Origin: Schmidtea polychroa
Taxonomy: Eukaryota
Assembly: GCA_044892525.1 (NCBI GenBank)
Contig: CM097885.1
Coordinates: 38,256,001-38,320,000 of the forward strand
DNA length: 64,000 nucleotides
Direction: 5' to 3'
Shown here: in pieces, positions 36,172 through 48,163 of the stretch
How the letters are laid out: each line of letters opens with the position of its first letter
Position numbering within the stretch: the first letter of the stretch is position 1
Made by a program: the position numbers and the translations under genes
The notes under the pieces: generated by a model
What the model saw: the letters and a program-made list of their open reading frames with translations, nothing else
Told to the model about the DNA's origin: nothing
Database searches by the model: none

Positions 36172-37067
36172 TGTTGGGTTTTTAATGTAAGTCGGTACTA
36201 CGGTCTGACTCCTTTGTGTTCTTTTGCAAATAAATAAATAAATAACCCAACACAAAATCTTTATTGACACTGATGCAGTTACACTTTTACACTTGTATTA
36301 GTTTACTCACACTTGATACAATCAGGTTTTGTCTGCACTTTTCAATTTATTAACAAATCTCACGCAGGGGTAGATCTTCCAACGGGAGATGTCCCTTTCT
36401 GGTACGTTCGATTTTTAAATGGTTTAATTTCTACTAACTTTAATATTTCCCTTTTCGCTCTCTTCAAACTTCTATTTTCTTTTCTTCGACCAACTGGCAT
36501 TTTGTTTTCTTGCCAGTTGCTTTTATACTCGTTTAATAATTGACTTTATTTTTGCCAATTATCTTTGGTCCTATTTCCCCCCGGGCTTCCTCTTGGAGAT
36601 CTAATTTAATTGAATGGAATTTGTTTGACGGCGCTTTTTACTTTTTATCCGGCTAAATTAATTGCCTTCCCAAAATTAGATTTCTCCGGCTAAATTAATT
36701 GCCTTCCCGAAATTGGATTTCTCAATTCGCTCGGGTTTTCCATTGTATCGGGTTTCCCATTAGCTCGGGTTCTCCATTAGCTCGGGTTTCCCATTAGCTC
36801 GGGTTTTCCATTAGTTAATTAATTTTTAATTAATTTTTGTTTTTTGTAATTTATTCCTTTTAGGGACCCCCCCATTGATTTTATTTTATTATAGCTGAAC
36901 TCGTCCCATTATTTCGCATCCGCCCATACCAGTTTCCCCCAGAAAATATTCATTTTTAAAAATTTTTGATTTTTAATTAATATTTTGTACTTTAAATTTT
37001 TATTCTGAATTTGGTGTTTTTGTCAATTTTCACCTCATTTTTGTGCCTCCCTTGTTGAACCCCAACA
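36172..37067 (-). repeat. 5' LTR (896 bp) with U3 tandem motifs, TATAAAA and AATAAA
   Basis: TGTTGGG...CCCAACA; minus-strand GAGTATAAAAGC and GTCAATAAAAG; ATTAGCTCGGGTT repeats. Confidence 0.97.
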
Positions 37068-37139
37068 TAACTAATGATCATATACAATGCTATAATTGTT
37101 TTGCAAGATCTTCCTCAACTTCACCATCACTGCAGAGAA

Positions 37140-37403
37140 AATTTTCGAACTTATTCTCTCTCTTTGAAACAATATACTTCGTAACTCAAAATCTCCTTCT
37201 AGTTGGACTAGACTTATTCTTAAATTCGCTAAATCTGAAGTAAGTCATGAAGCTAACTCTTGAATACTCTTGAATAGAATATTCTTCTCACTGATGAACA
37301 ATCGTCTTTTTAATTGGATAAGTGAAGGGAATCTCTTAACGCACAACCAGAAGGCTATTGGTGCATCTGATGGCTGTGCTGAACACAATTTGACTCTCCA
37401 CTT
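37140..37403 (+). mobile_element. Fragment of an RLE-type non-LTR reverse transcriptase inserted in the old LTR element
   Basis: GNLLTHNQKAIGASDGCAEHNLTL matches the R2/NeSL QxxF...DGCxEH motif; host zinc-knuckle sequence resumes at ~37404. Confidence 0.6.
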
Positions 37404-38708
37404 GTTATGGCTATGGACCCATGGCTAGATCATGTCCAATGAATAATAGCTAATTTTAAAAGGCGATATTAAAGAAAACCAGATTCCAGAAAGGCAAATC
37501 GCAATCAGATAAAGTAGCTTTTGTGCAACTAAATAATTTTAATGACGAAATCAAAAATGAGATAAAACTAATGAGTCAAGGTTTGGCTCGTTTAATCTGC
37601 AAGTTTGAATCGGATGAAGAAACTGATAACCACATGAATCGCAGTCTGAAGGATCAAAGATAGATTGAAAAAAATAACAATCATTATGTTGAGGATTAAA
37701 AATTTAATGGAATCGAAAGCAACAGAGACATACAAAATAATGACATCTTTATAGGTATTGAGTCAAATACCACTGAGTATGCGAAAATTGAAAAGTGTGA
37801 TTGAAATATGTACTGATTATTATGAAGTAAATTCAAAAGATAAAATGAAATTGAAAATATGATGAAAATATTTGGAAAGGCGTTCAGAGAAAATACATAG
37901 TTATGTTGGCGCCTAGGGGTGTGTCATGCTCAAACTAGTAGTAGGGGTAATTATGGTTGACTCAACCCAACTCCTTCCTAGACGCCAAAGGGACTGTTTT
38001 TGAAACTACCCATGTGCCCATGGCGACGACCATGTTGATACTGCACATAGTAGCTGAAGATTTATGAACAGGTGAGCTTCTATGTTAAAACTACTCTTAG
38101 TTTCTCATAGTCTCAGTCTCTTCGACCAATAGTTCACAGATGTATCCCAAACTGGAGGGCATCGTCATGCAAAGTACATTAAAAATATGTTATCTATGAT
38201 TAAATAAATTTTATAATTGTGAGTTATTTAATTACTATTTAATCAGTATACATAAGAGGAAAAGAAAACTATATTCATGAGTAAGTTTTAATTATAGTTA
38301 TCAAATACTGGTATCCCTCCTATAACACGGTCAATAGGTTCCTATAATACTACATGTTATGTGAAACCGTGCCATAGGAGACTAGAAGCTGGTACAAAAA
38401 CAGGGGTTAAGTTCCAAAAAAATATTTTAATACCACAGAAGAAACTTTATTTCTATTAAAAATAACAAAATAAATAAAAATCCAATTAAATATATAGAAA
38501 AACAAATATAAATCCACGTAAATACATAAAAAACAAACAAAAATCGGCATAAATATATATGAATGTATATTATGAATTTAGTTTAGTAATTTTCTTCATG
38601 ATCGCTGCTCAATTCAATTAAATGGGAACGTTTTTTCGGCTGAATATTATCATCTTCACTTTCTGAACTTGCATTTATATTTTGTTCACCTGCTGATATC
38701 TTTACTTA

Positions 38709-39240
38709 ATATTTCTGGATGAGTCTGGGTTCAATCAACATCTCAGGCGTGCTTATGGATATTCGAATGTTAACACCCCCGCATTTATATCCGTGCCGGG
38801 GAACCGCGGAGTGAATAGGAGTTGCATGTGTGCCATTGGAAATCATGGTGTGGTGGCATCAGAAGTTTTAGTCGGGCCTTACAATTCAAGCCTTTTCATT
38901 GATTTTATTCGACTGAAACTTGTTCCATATTTCAGAATACATAAAAATAGTATTCTAATAATGGATAACGTCAATATGCATCGAACAAGGGAGGTTTCAG
39001 AAGTTTTAAGAACAAACAATATCGCATTCAAATTTCTTCCGCCGTATTCACCGATGCTTAATCCGATTGAAGAGTTCTTCTCGGTACTAAAATCAATGTT
39101 TGCAGCACATAGGATTGAATTCCCCGACAAAACACTTGAAGAAGCTCTTGCAGATGTTCTAGCAAGAGATTTTCAAAACTAATGTCCAGGATTTTTTCGG
39201 GATATGGAACGATGGATTGAGCTCGGTCTTGCAAGACAAC
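38709..39240 (+). mobile_element. Tc1/IS630-family DD34E transposase catalytic fragment
   Basis: IFLDESGF ... ILIMDN ... LPPYSPMLNPIEE; 34 residues between the second D and E. Confidence 0.9.
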
Positions 39241-39382
39241 CATTCTACACTTAAACTCTAGGTTCATCATGTATTTATTATTGTTTATTTAAAAACGTTA
39301 TTTAAAAACCAATTAAACAAACAAACAGTAATAGTCATTATATCATGCATATTAATTATTTCATCATACCTTTGAGTAAATG

Positions 39383-39490
39383 GATATATAGTTTTGAATA
39401 AATGAATATATAGTTTTGAATAAATGAATATATAGTATTGAATAAAGGAATATATAGTTTTGAATAAATGAATATATAGTTTTGAATAAC
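39383..39490. repeat. 22-bp minisatellite, ~5 copies
   Basis: TTTTGAATAAATGAATATATAG repeats. Confidence 0.85.
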
Positions 39491-42365
39491 TCTGTAAAAA
39501 ATCCGTAATCTTGCTTTGTTTCCTTGTCCGTTCAAGGTTGTTGTAAATTTCTTGATATGGTGATAGACAATTTTGTAATTCCCTTTTGAATTTTCGGCTT
39601 CTTTCAGCGCAAGGGTCTGCATCCAAGAACAATAATTCCAATTTTTTGGCCAAGTCTAATCCTTCCTGTAATTTTTTTAGTGTCAAATTATTAACTTCAT
39701 TATCTTCATCAGAGCTAGAATCGATTTCATTCACTTGGGGTTCGGATGCCATTTCTACCAAAACTGCTTCCCCAACTTCTTGTTCCACTATTAAGTCTTG
39801 CACACAATGATCTACTACTAATTTACATAATAATAATAAACCAACTAATAAAATTATATTATCGTCCAAATTGAATTTCAGCTATTAGAAAATTGTTCTA
39901 TTCGTAAAAAATTTAATGATTGGACCTCCGCAAGGTATATTGATAGTCCAAAACGAATTTGACCTGTAGGTTTTGAAATAACACTCTTTAAACATTGGTT
40001 TACCAAAATGAAATTTACTTTTAGATTTTGAAATAACACTGAACAATCAATCACCGATGTGGGTATTTATACTATTTTTGTCGCGCTTTCATCCAATCAG
40101 GATTAAGCGATGTTGTGTTTTGTTTATTTTTCTATTTTATTTTGTTTTTTATGGTTATTTTCCTAATTTTTAATGCTTTTCTGCTTTATTTATTTCTTTT
40201 TATTTTTTTTAGAAACATTTTTTTTTATTTTTAATCTTAATGGATGTCCTGATTTTGTCTTTTCTTGTTTTTATTATTAATTTTCTAATTATTTCATTTG
40301 ACTTATTATTTTAGTTACCCATTTTTATTTTTTATTGTCTCATTAATCATTTTTAATTTTTTACTATCTGATTAATTATTGTCTTTAATTTTTTCTATCA
40401 TTTGACTGACTTTTCAGTGTCACCATTCCTACTTACAAAGTGTGAAAATCCTATACTCAACCAAAGTTAAAGAAATTCGTAATTATATACTTGAACGAAT
40501 TTTTCTCTTGGCCCAACAGTTAGATTTTATTTTTGTTGATGTTGTAAACGAAAATAATAATAAAAAAACCAGAATTACAGTTTTTAATAGAACCAATGCC
40601 GAAACTTAGTGGAATTGATACTCTTTCAAAATGGTATACGCCAACATTTATGACAACATCACCAACATACCCAGGTGAAAGTTTAAAAGAAATGAAATCA
40701 GTAGAACATATTAAATTGGAAGAAAAGATTGAACGAAAAACATGGTTGGATTACCGACCGTGTAGTTTGGCACTGATGACGATAGGAAGTAGAAGTAAAC
40801 AACCTTGAATAAACATACTATTCAATGGAAGAAAAGTGGAAGCCTCATTAGATTCAGGTTCCAACCACATTATAGTATCAGATGATTTATTAACAAGAGA
40901 AGAGAAACAAAAATTAAAACAACAAGTAAAATTATCAAGTCGATGTCGCACGATGTATTAAATGTAATTGGTAAATTGGAAGTTGAATTAATCATTGGTA
41001 ATCACGAACGGCGTATAACCGATCAACTCCCCAACTTCTTAATGGCTATATTATGTATTTATTTTATTATCTCGTGTCTCCTGGCTGTGAGGTTAAAAAT
41101 GTGCATGTATGATAGTTTAATTTAAAACATGAAATAACTTCCCTTTTTGAATCATGATAATGAAAGCATACAACGATAGAAAAATTTAGTAAACTGATAA
41201 CATTATACAATATTACTAAATGATAAAACTACTTACAATTCTCAACAGGCATAAATTTGCAAAATTGAAATTTTGAACAATTATTTGATTATATACTTTT
41301 ACATTAAGTCATTACTTCCTGTTGAGGAATATTAATTTTCGGTTTTTCTGTGAAACTTTCTTAAAAATAGTTTAAAGATTAAAAATTAATTATTTGGGGT
41401 CAAAGAATGAAATTATAAGATGTTATAAATTTTGTTAAAAAGATTTTGTTATAAATTGTAAACTAAAAGATTTTTAAACAGTTTATTTTGAATTGATTAA
41501 TTGTTTTATGTATAATAAAAAAGTTTTTGAGAATTTCAACTTGGTGCACTGTGTTAATTATTTTAAATCTAATAATCTAGATTCGGTAAGAACTGAATCA
41601 TATGATGATTTTTTAATGAAAATAAATAAAAGAATTCTTGATTTGTCTTAGTGAAGAAATGGTTTATAAAGATAAAAATTTAAAGTCATCCGCGAATTTA
41701 AAGTTAAAATGTACCAAAAAAATGAATTCTGTTTGCTCTATGGAAAATCAAGGATTTCAAGGCTACAATAACGATGACAATCTCAACTATGAAACAATTC
41801 TAACGAAATTGAATCTTCGTAAAATATCTTTCCCAAAACACTTCCCATGGTTAAACAACTCAGCATTCAAAATAAATTGTGAAAAAATACGGCGAATTTA
41901 ATAATAGAATTTATATGAATTAAAAGTTAATATTCATTTCTTTATAGTCAAATTTCGATTTTATTGAATTATTTTAAATCGAAATCTAATTTCTATTTCA
42001 ATTCTTTACTATTTTTTACAACTACAATTTTTTATTTAACATTACAAACTACAATAATATATTTAATTTTCAATTTCCACTTCGTTTTTATTTAAAATAT
42101 TTTATTAAAACTTTTATTACATTTTGCTCACATGATTTTCCAGTTAGTAATTAATCAACAATCTAAACATTCATTTATCAACTTTCAATCATATGTTTAT
42201 TCAAGCTTTGCCATTGAAATTACGGATTAACCAATTAAACCGATGGCTGTTTTTAAGAAGGAACTGAAATATGGGAAGTTGCTTATTGCATTAACACAAA
42301 CTCAAATTATATTTATTATAACAATCGCTAAATAATGGCAATGATTTAAATCTAAGGAAAAGCAC

Positions 42366-42430
<65 letters not shown>

Positions 42431-43506
42431 ATTAGTTTGTTTAAAAAAAGAGGAATTTATATTAATCAAATTATATTATTCGTTTTATTTTTTGATTTAA
42501 AATTTATTATTTTTAAAGGCGAATTTTTGTAATTTATTTAATGTTTTGAAAGGTAACGTTTAAGTGAGGTTATAAAATTTTCAAAAATAAATTCAGAATT
42601 AAGTAAAAAAAGTATTTAATTGATTTTTGGTTTACATTTACTATAATAATAATAATATATAAAAGTATTACAAAAAATATTTTTTGTAATTTATTATTTA
42701 TTTTATTTCCAAATTTTTATTTTTTATTTAACTTTTATTATTTACAGCTTCATGATGAACTTCGCCTTTTTTTCTACAATTTTCTCTACTTTTTTCAATT
42801 TAATTCTATTTTCATTAATTTTCTAAATATTTCATTCCTGACTTTTCTTTTTAACTCTCACCATGACTTGGAATTAATTTCAACCATGTTATTTATTTTT
42901 GTTGTATTTATGTTTATTTCTTGAAATACATTTTGCATTTATTTTTGATTTATTTTTATGTTTTTCGATTTTAGCTGTAAGTCGAGTTAAAATCAAAACA
43001 TCAATTAAATCCACTAATTTAAGCAAAATATAGGGCTATATTTTACGTGCTATTTTTCGACAATTTTTCAGTCAGATTCACAATTTAATTGATGGCCAAA
43101 TTCATTTGATATTTAATTATTTAGGATACTTGTTAGGGATATTTAAATAATTAATTTATAAATAAAATATATATTGTATTATAAGTATCAAATACTATTA
43201 TATAGTAAAAGTATAATAAGTATAAATGCTGGCACGCATAATTAGCATTATTATTTAATTAATTAATTCGCCATTTAAATCAGGTGTTTTAATAATACCA
43301 GATTTAGGCAATAATTTGTATTTAAATATATATTTGTAGATTATTAAGCATTTATTATTAACCATACTCATTGACAAAATTGGTTCATTATCATTAAATG
43401 TAAGAATGAGGTTATAATTAAAGTAATTTAAACAATTTAATATGATATTTACACTTAAATAACATGTACAAATATGGAATATAGAAAAAGTATCATAAAA
43501 ATTATA

Positions 43507-44280
43507 TCACTTGGCCTCCAATCCAATGGGATAATAATTCTTTTCGGGATTGTTTTTATCAAGTGTAGCGTACAGATTTTTATTGTGATTATTTTCGGTC
43601 AAATCATTAAAAGATCGATCAATATCCCGGTTTTCCAAAGAAGCTTCATTCGGATCGATTACAGAAAAATCTTTCAAGGGTGCTGAAGATTCGCAATAAT
43701 TATAATCTTCATAGAAATTCCCACCGACACTCGGTGATAATTCTTCTCCATTGTAAATACAGCTTTTGTCATGATTGATTGCCTTAGATCTATTTGAAAA
43801 TGTGCTCAATGAATATCCATTATCTTGATTGATCTGGATCACATCATCTTCAGGTAACATAAAACATTTACAATTGGAATTAGATGGAGATGCCATCCGC
43901 CTACCCGTTGGTAAATGGGATGGGTTTACAGTTAGAAATCTTGAATCTAATCCTCTGGGATTAGTGTTTATTGAATAGTACTGGTTAGGTGTGACATTGT
44001 TATAATGTCCAAATGAAGTTGTCGCGGTAGAATAATGTGGAAATGGCATTGTTGGATAATTGCGATTTCCTATTTGGAAGTTAGTTTATTAAAGTATAGA
44101 AAATTGTGATGAATAACCTAAATTAAATTGATGCTGGAGCCTTAAATCTACTTCACTAGCTCCTTTACCACTGTCAGCACTATCACCATCTAATTCTTGC
44201 CCATTTATTATAATACCCATTGATGTAGGTATATTTGTTCCATAAAAACCATTATTGGATCGAAGTGTTCCATTCAATCT
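43507..44280 (-). CDS. Last two coding exons (44118-44280, 43507-44069) of a probable protocadherin/cadherin-family cytoplasmic tail
   Basis: TTTTCAG acceptor at 44281; a 48-nt phase-1 GT-AG intron (44070-44117) fuses the two ORFs in frame; DGDSADSGKGASE resembles the delta-protocadherin DSGxGDS motif. Confidence 0.6.
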
Positions 44281-45256
44281 CTGAAAATATCAGAATAATT
44301 AAAATAGAAACTTTATTAACTCATAAATCTCATATCTGACATTATTCAAAATTTGGGAAAATTACAGTAATTAACAATTCATTATTTTTATTATCATAAC
44401 TAAAAAGAGTGAGGAAAAGAACAAAAAAGTGAAATTTTAACGATCTTTCGAATGTCCTTATAACTTATTTTCTTTTCGGATTGATCTTATTATAATATAT
44501 ATTGCTCAATAGAATATAAATTGATGCTTTTCATTTTTATGCATTTTTTAGTTAAATTCAGAATATTTTTAAATTTCTGAAAAATAAAAGTCATCAAATT
44601 GTTAAATTAAAACGTTTTTTACAAAATAATCAACTATTAATAATATTCTATCGGGCACGTAAAAATTATCAATATAAATCAAAAAATATTTTTTACAAAA
44701 AAATTTTCCGGAATATTTTTACTAAAAATAAACAATTTATTTCATACAAATTAAAAATTTTAGGAATGTCTATCAATTCCTTTTATTATTAGATGACATA
44801 TTCATGATTCTAATTTGGGTATCTTGATAATGTAATACAACTTATAACATTTAATCCCAATTAACCCTTATGATTCCCCCAGAATCATTTAAAGAAATTA
44901 AACAAGAGTTCATAAAATATCAAAATAATTATATAAACCGAAAATCTATTGATAAGATTCTGTTTCCTTACATAATACTACAATTCATCATTTTGAGTCA
45001 TATAATATGAGATATTTTCATACAGACAATAACAAAGATATACACCAAACCAATTACAATACATAGAAATTATTTATTACTACTATTAATAAATTAATTA
45101 TTAGAAATTTTCAGAAATCGGATTTAAAAAATAATACAAAGTTTTCATGAATTATATTTGTTTTGAAAGGTAACGTTTAAGTGGTGTTATAAAATTTTCA
45201 AAATAAATTCAGAATTTAGTAAAAAAAGTATTTAATTGATTTTTGGTTTCAATTTA

Positions 45257-45362
<106 letters not shown>

Positions 45363-45699
45363 AAAGTATGTATTACAAAATATGAAAATAATTAAAATTA
45401 AGTTTCTATATTATTAATAGTGGATAATTATAAAATTAAAATTTTATTGAATTTCATTCATTGGCAAATATCTAATTACTTAAAAAGTTCTTTTCAAAAT
45501 AATTTTGAACATTAAATTTGGAATAAAATTTATGAAAGTTTATAAATTAAAAAAGAAATTAAATTTTCGTAACAATTTTTTTTCTAATAAATCTACAAGT
45601 TTTAACAGTGTACTACTGACAAAGATATGAAAGAAAACTATGAATTATTCTTATTATGTTATCCCAAAGTCACAATAGGGCTTTCAGCATTAAAACTAT

Positions 45700-46250
45700 T
45701 TAAAAATTCATGAAATTTACATTAAATTGAAATCATTTATAGCAATATTGTTCAACTCTTTCTAGTCAATTACCAGAAACGAAGTTGTCAATCTTTCATA
45801 TACAATAAATACACGTTTTTTATATCAGGAGACGGGTGTATAGTATTAAAAAAATTGGTATTCCTTCATAATTAGATTATTCAGGAAATATTACGTTACG
45901 GTATTTGTGCAAACCACTGAAATAAATTTTTTCGGAACGTCACGAAATTAAATAGAAAATTCAGAAAATATAGAAAGTTTGAAACATGAAAAAAATATCA
46001 TTAAAATATCATTGACTCTATTTATCAAGACGAAAAATCGGCAAGATCAAAGTTGTGGAAACGTTGTCCAAAAATATGGATAAATTTGATAGAATCCATT
46101 TATGAGTGGCATATCAATTTATCAGTAGAACATTACGTAGGATCGCATCTCGGTCGCAGCCTCCGATACTGCTCTACATGCAATAAACCAACTAAGTGTT
46201 TCTTTTACTCGGATTGTTTAGATATTTTATTAATACCCGTTTTCAACTAG
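45700..46250 (+). mobile_element. Possible decayed piggyBac transposase C-terminus
   Basis: HYVG...RYCSTCNKPTKCFFYSDC resembles the piggyBac cysteine-rich domain; heavily degraded. Confidence 0.35.
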
Positions 46251-48069
46251 ATTTCCGAATTATTTATGATTAAATGAATTGAGTGTTATATCAGTACAAA
46301 TGTCGTATATATATATATTTATGAATTTTACACATATAAAAGAGGACAAAAATTATTTATGGCCTATGAAATTCGGATTTTTTGTGTTAAAAATTAAACA
46401 TATTAAATCAATTTCATTATAAAGTATTATTATTATATATTTGAAATTTTTATTTTGATTAATTAGAGGGCACAAACTTTAACAGCAAAGGAAATTTAAA
46501 TACTATTAAATCATGTCTGTAAACTACATTTTGATTTGCAGAGATTATCATATGCGAGAAAAGGAAAAATCTTATTCGTAAGTTAATGAATAAATGAAGA
46601 CAATAGTATAAAGAATAATTCTATACCTTACTGACTGTCCAATTAGATAAGTTAAATAAAATATGCAAATCGTATAATATATGTATCAAATTTGATTTTA
46701 AGCGAATAAGCATCTATTTAAACATATTTTTGAGAAAATCTTTATCTAAAAAATCACTTATTTTCATTATAAAAACAATATGTCTCCTTTTCGATATTAT
46801 ATACACCAATCATTCGCTTAACGAATTAATTCGTTACCAAAAAATTTCCCAAGCGAATTTTTATTTTAATTATCGGTAATATAAACGAAGAATTCTGATT
46901 AAAAACGGTTATTTATACAAAATATTAATGTTTTACCTATAACATTTGAGTAATCAAAACAATAAATACATAATTCAGTTGTGATTTCCCTAATTAAATA
47001 AAAAACAAAAATTCGTAAATCGAATTTTTTTTTCGTTAACAGAGACTGTGAATTTCTTTCTAAATTACATTATAGCGAGGGATTATTACTTTATCTTTTA
47101 TAAGCAACCCTCTCTTCAAGCAGTTGCTATTGACTTGTATAGCACGATATGTGTTCTTCTGATGTTTGAACTTGACCAGCATTAGGAATCCCTTGGACTT
47201 CATTATTGACAATGATTCTTGCTTTTTTAAAAACACTTCTGATACAAGTTCGTCAAACCTCATTCTACACATTCAATGTCATATGAAATGCATCAAAAAT
47301 TAATTTTCTTTACAATATAGAGTTGTCAAAAACCGGCAGTTGAAAAGAAGCCTTTCAATGAAACAATAAAATTTCGGTCAACGATACTACATAATTACAA
47401 TATATTGAAATATGTTTACGACCGCTAAGTACTAACAATAAAATTTGTAAAACCGGATGTTGGAAGATATTTCATTATTTAATGGACAACAAAACGATCA
47501 GAAATGCATATAAAATGGATTCTTATAAAAAAAATTCTAATAAATGATGAGTCAAACAGATTTTAATTATTTGAATTGGTTCTTTGAGTTTTGATCCAAT
47601 AACGCGAATCATACCAGTAACCAGTGATCACAGTGAAACATGTCTTTTCTGTACTAAAATACATAATTAGCCAAATCAAAAAATGTTTTCACATGATAAA
47701 TGTGTAAAAATCGTATTTCTGATCAATGACGAAGGGGAAAAATTAGTTTACTGAAAGGTTGATTGTTCAATATAAACCAATCAATCATTCTTGCGGCTAG
47801 AATCTAGCCAATAGCAATAAAATTCTGTAATAATTAATAATAATATTTACTATTCATCCTACAAATATCGACTTTATGAATGACAATATTATAGACTTTT
47901 TATTGAAATTATAAATAGAATTCAATGTATTACACATGAAACAGCAGAGGCAATTAAGGTAAAACAAAACATAACTATTACAGGGCTAATTGATGGATAA
48001 TTTCCAAACATGGATAAATTGATACAAAATATATAAATGTATCACAAAATATATGATCAATCAACAACA

Positions 48070-48070
<1 letters not shown>

Positions 48071-48160
<90 letters not shown>
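48071..48160. repeat. (CA)n(TA)n compound microsatellite
   Basis: Direct reading. Confidence 0.95.

Positions 48161-48163
<3 letters not shown>

Larger units (their letters stand above)
25410..37067 (-). mobile_element. Young pol-less (non-autonomous) Ty3/Gypsy-like LTR element carrying Bcl-2-like, ubiquitin-like, env-like and DEDDh cargo
   Basis: Two near-identical TG...CA LTRs, 4-bp TSD TAAC, PBS, PPT, gag-like ORF. Confidence 0.96.
38308..39810 (-). mobile_element. Tigger/pogo-like element 3' part (TIR ~38308-38370; transposase C-terminus ~39490-39810)
   Basis: TA|CTGGTATCCCTCCTATAACACGG terminus; LTLKKLQEGL...DPCAERSRKFKRELQNCLSPYQEIY...KQSKITDF. Confidence 0.7.
37904..40518 (+). mobile_element. 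Solo LTR (family of 15937/18741) interrupted by DNA-transposon fragments
   Basis: TGTTGGCGCCTAGGGGTGTGTCA ... GGCCCAACA; perfect 4-bp TSD GTTA; host reading frame continues across it. Confidence 0.85.
15011..41000 (+). mobile_element. Old, fragmented LTR retrotransposon of the same family as 25410-37067 (host of the nest). Pieces: LTR 15011-~15434, gag ~17850-18115, zinc knuckles ~24950-25409, 37068-37903, 40519-~41000 including protease
   Basis: LTR start resembles the reverse complement of the young LTR; DYASCQNLPVDQYG*DPVEFVDF at ~17883; IFGKAFRENT*L | DFIFVDVVNE joined across the 37904-40518 insert; retropepsin LFNGRKVEASLDSGS at ~40818-40862. Confidence 0.8.

Noticed and set aside
47040..47900. 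Moderately GC-richer stretch with a 70-aa ORF
   Set aside because: Likely a decayed transposon, but no diagnostic motif or termini could be supported
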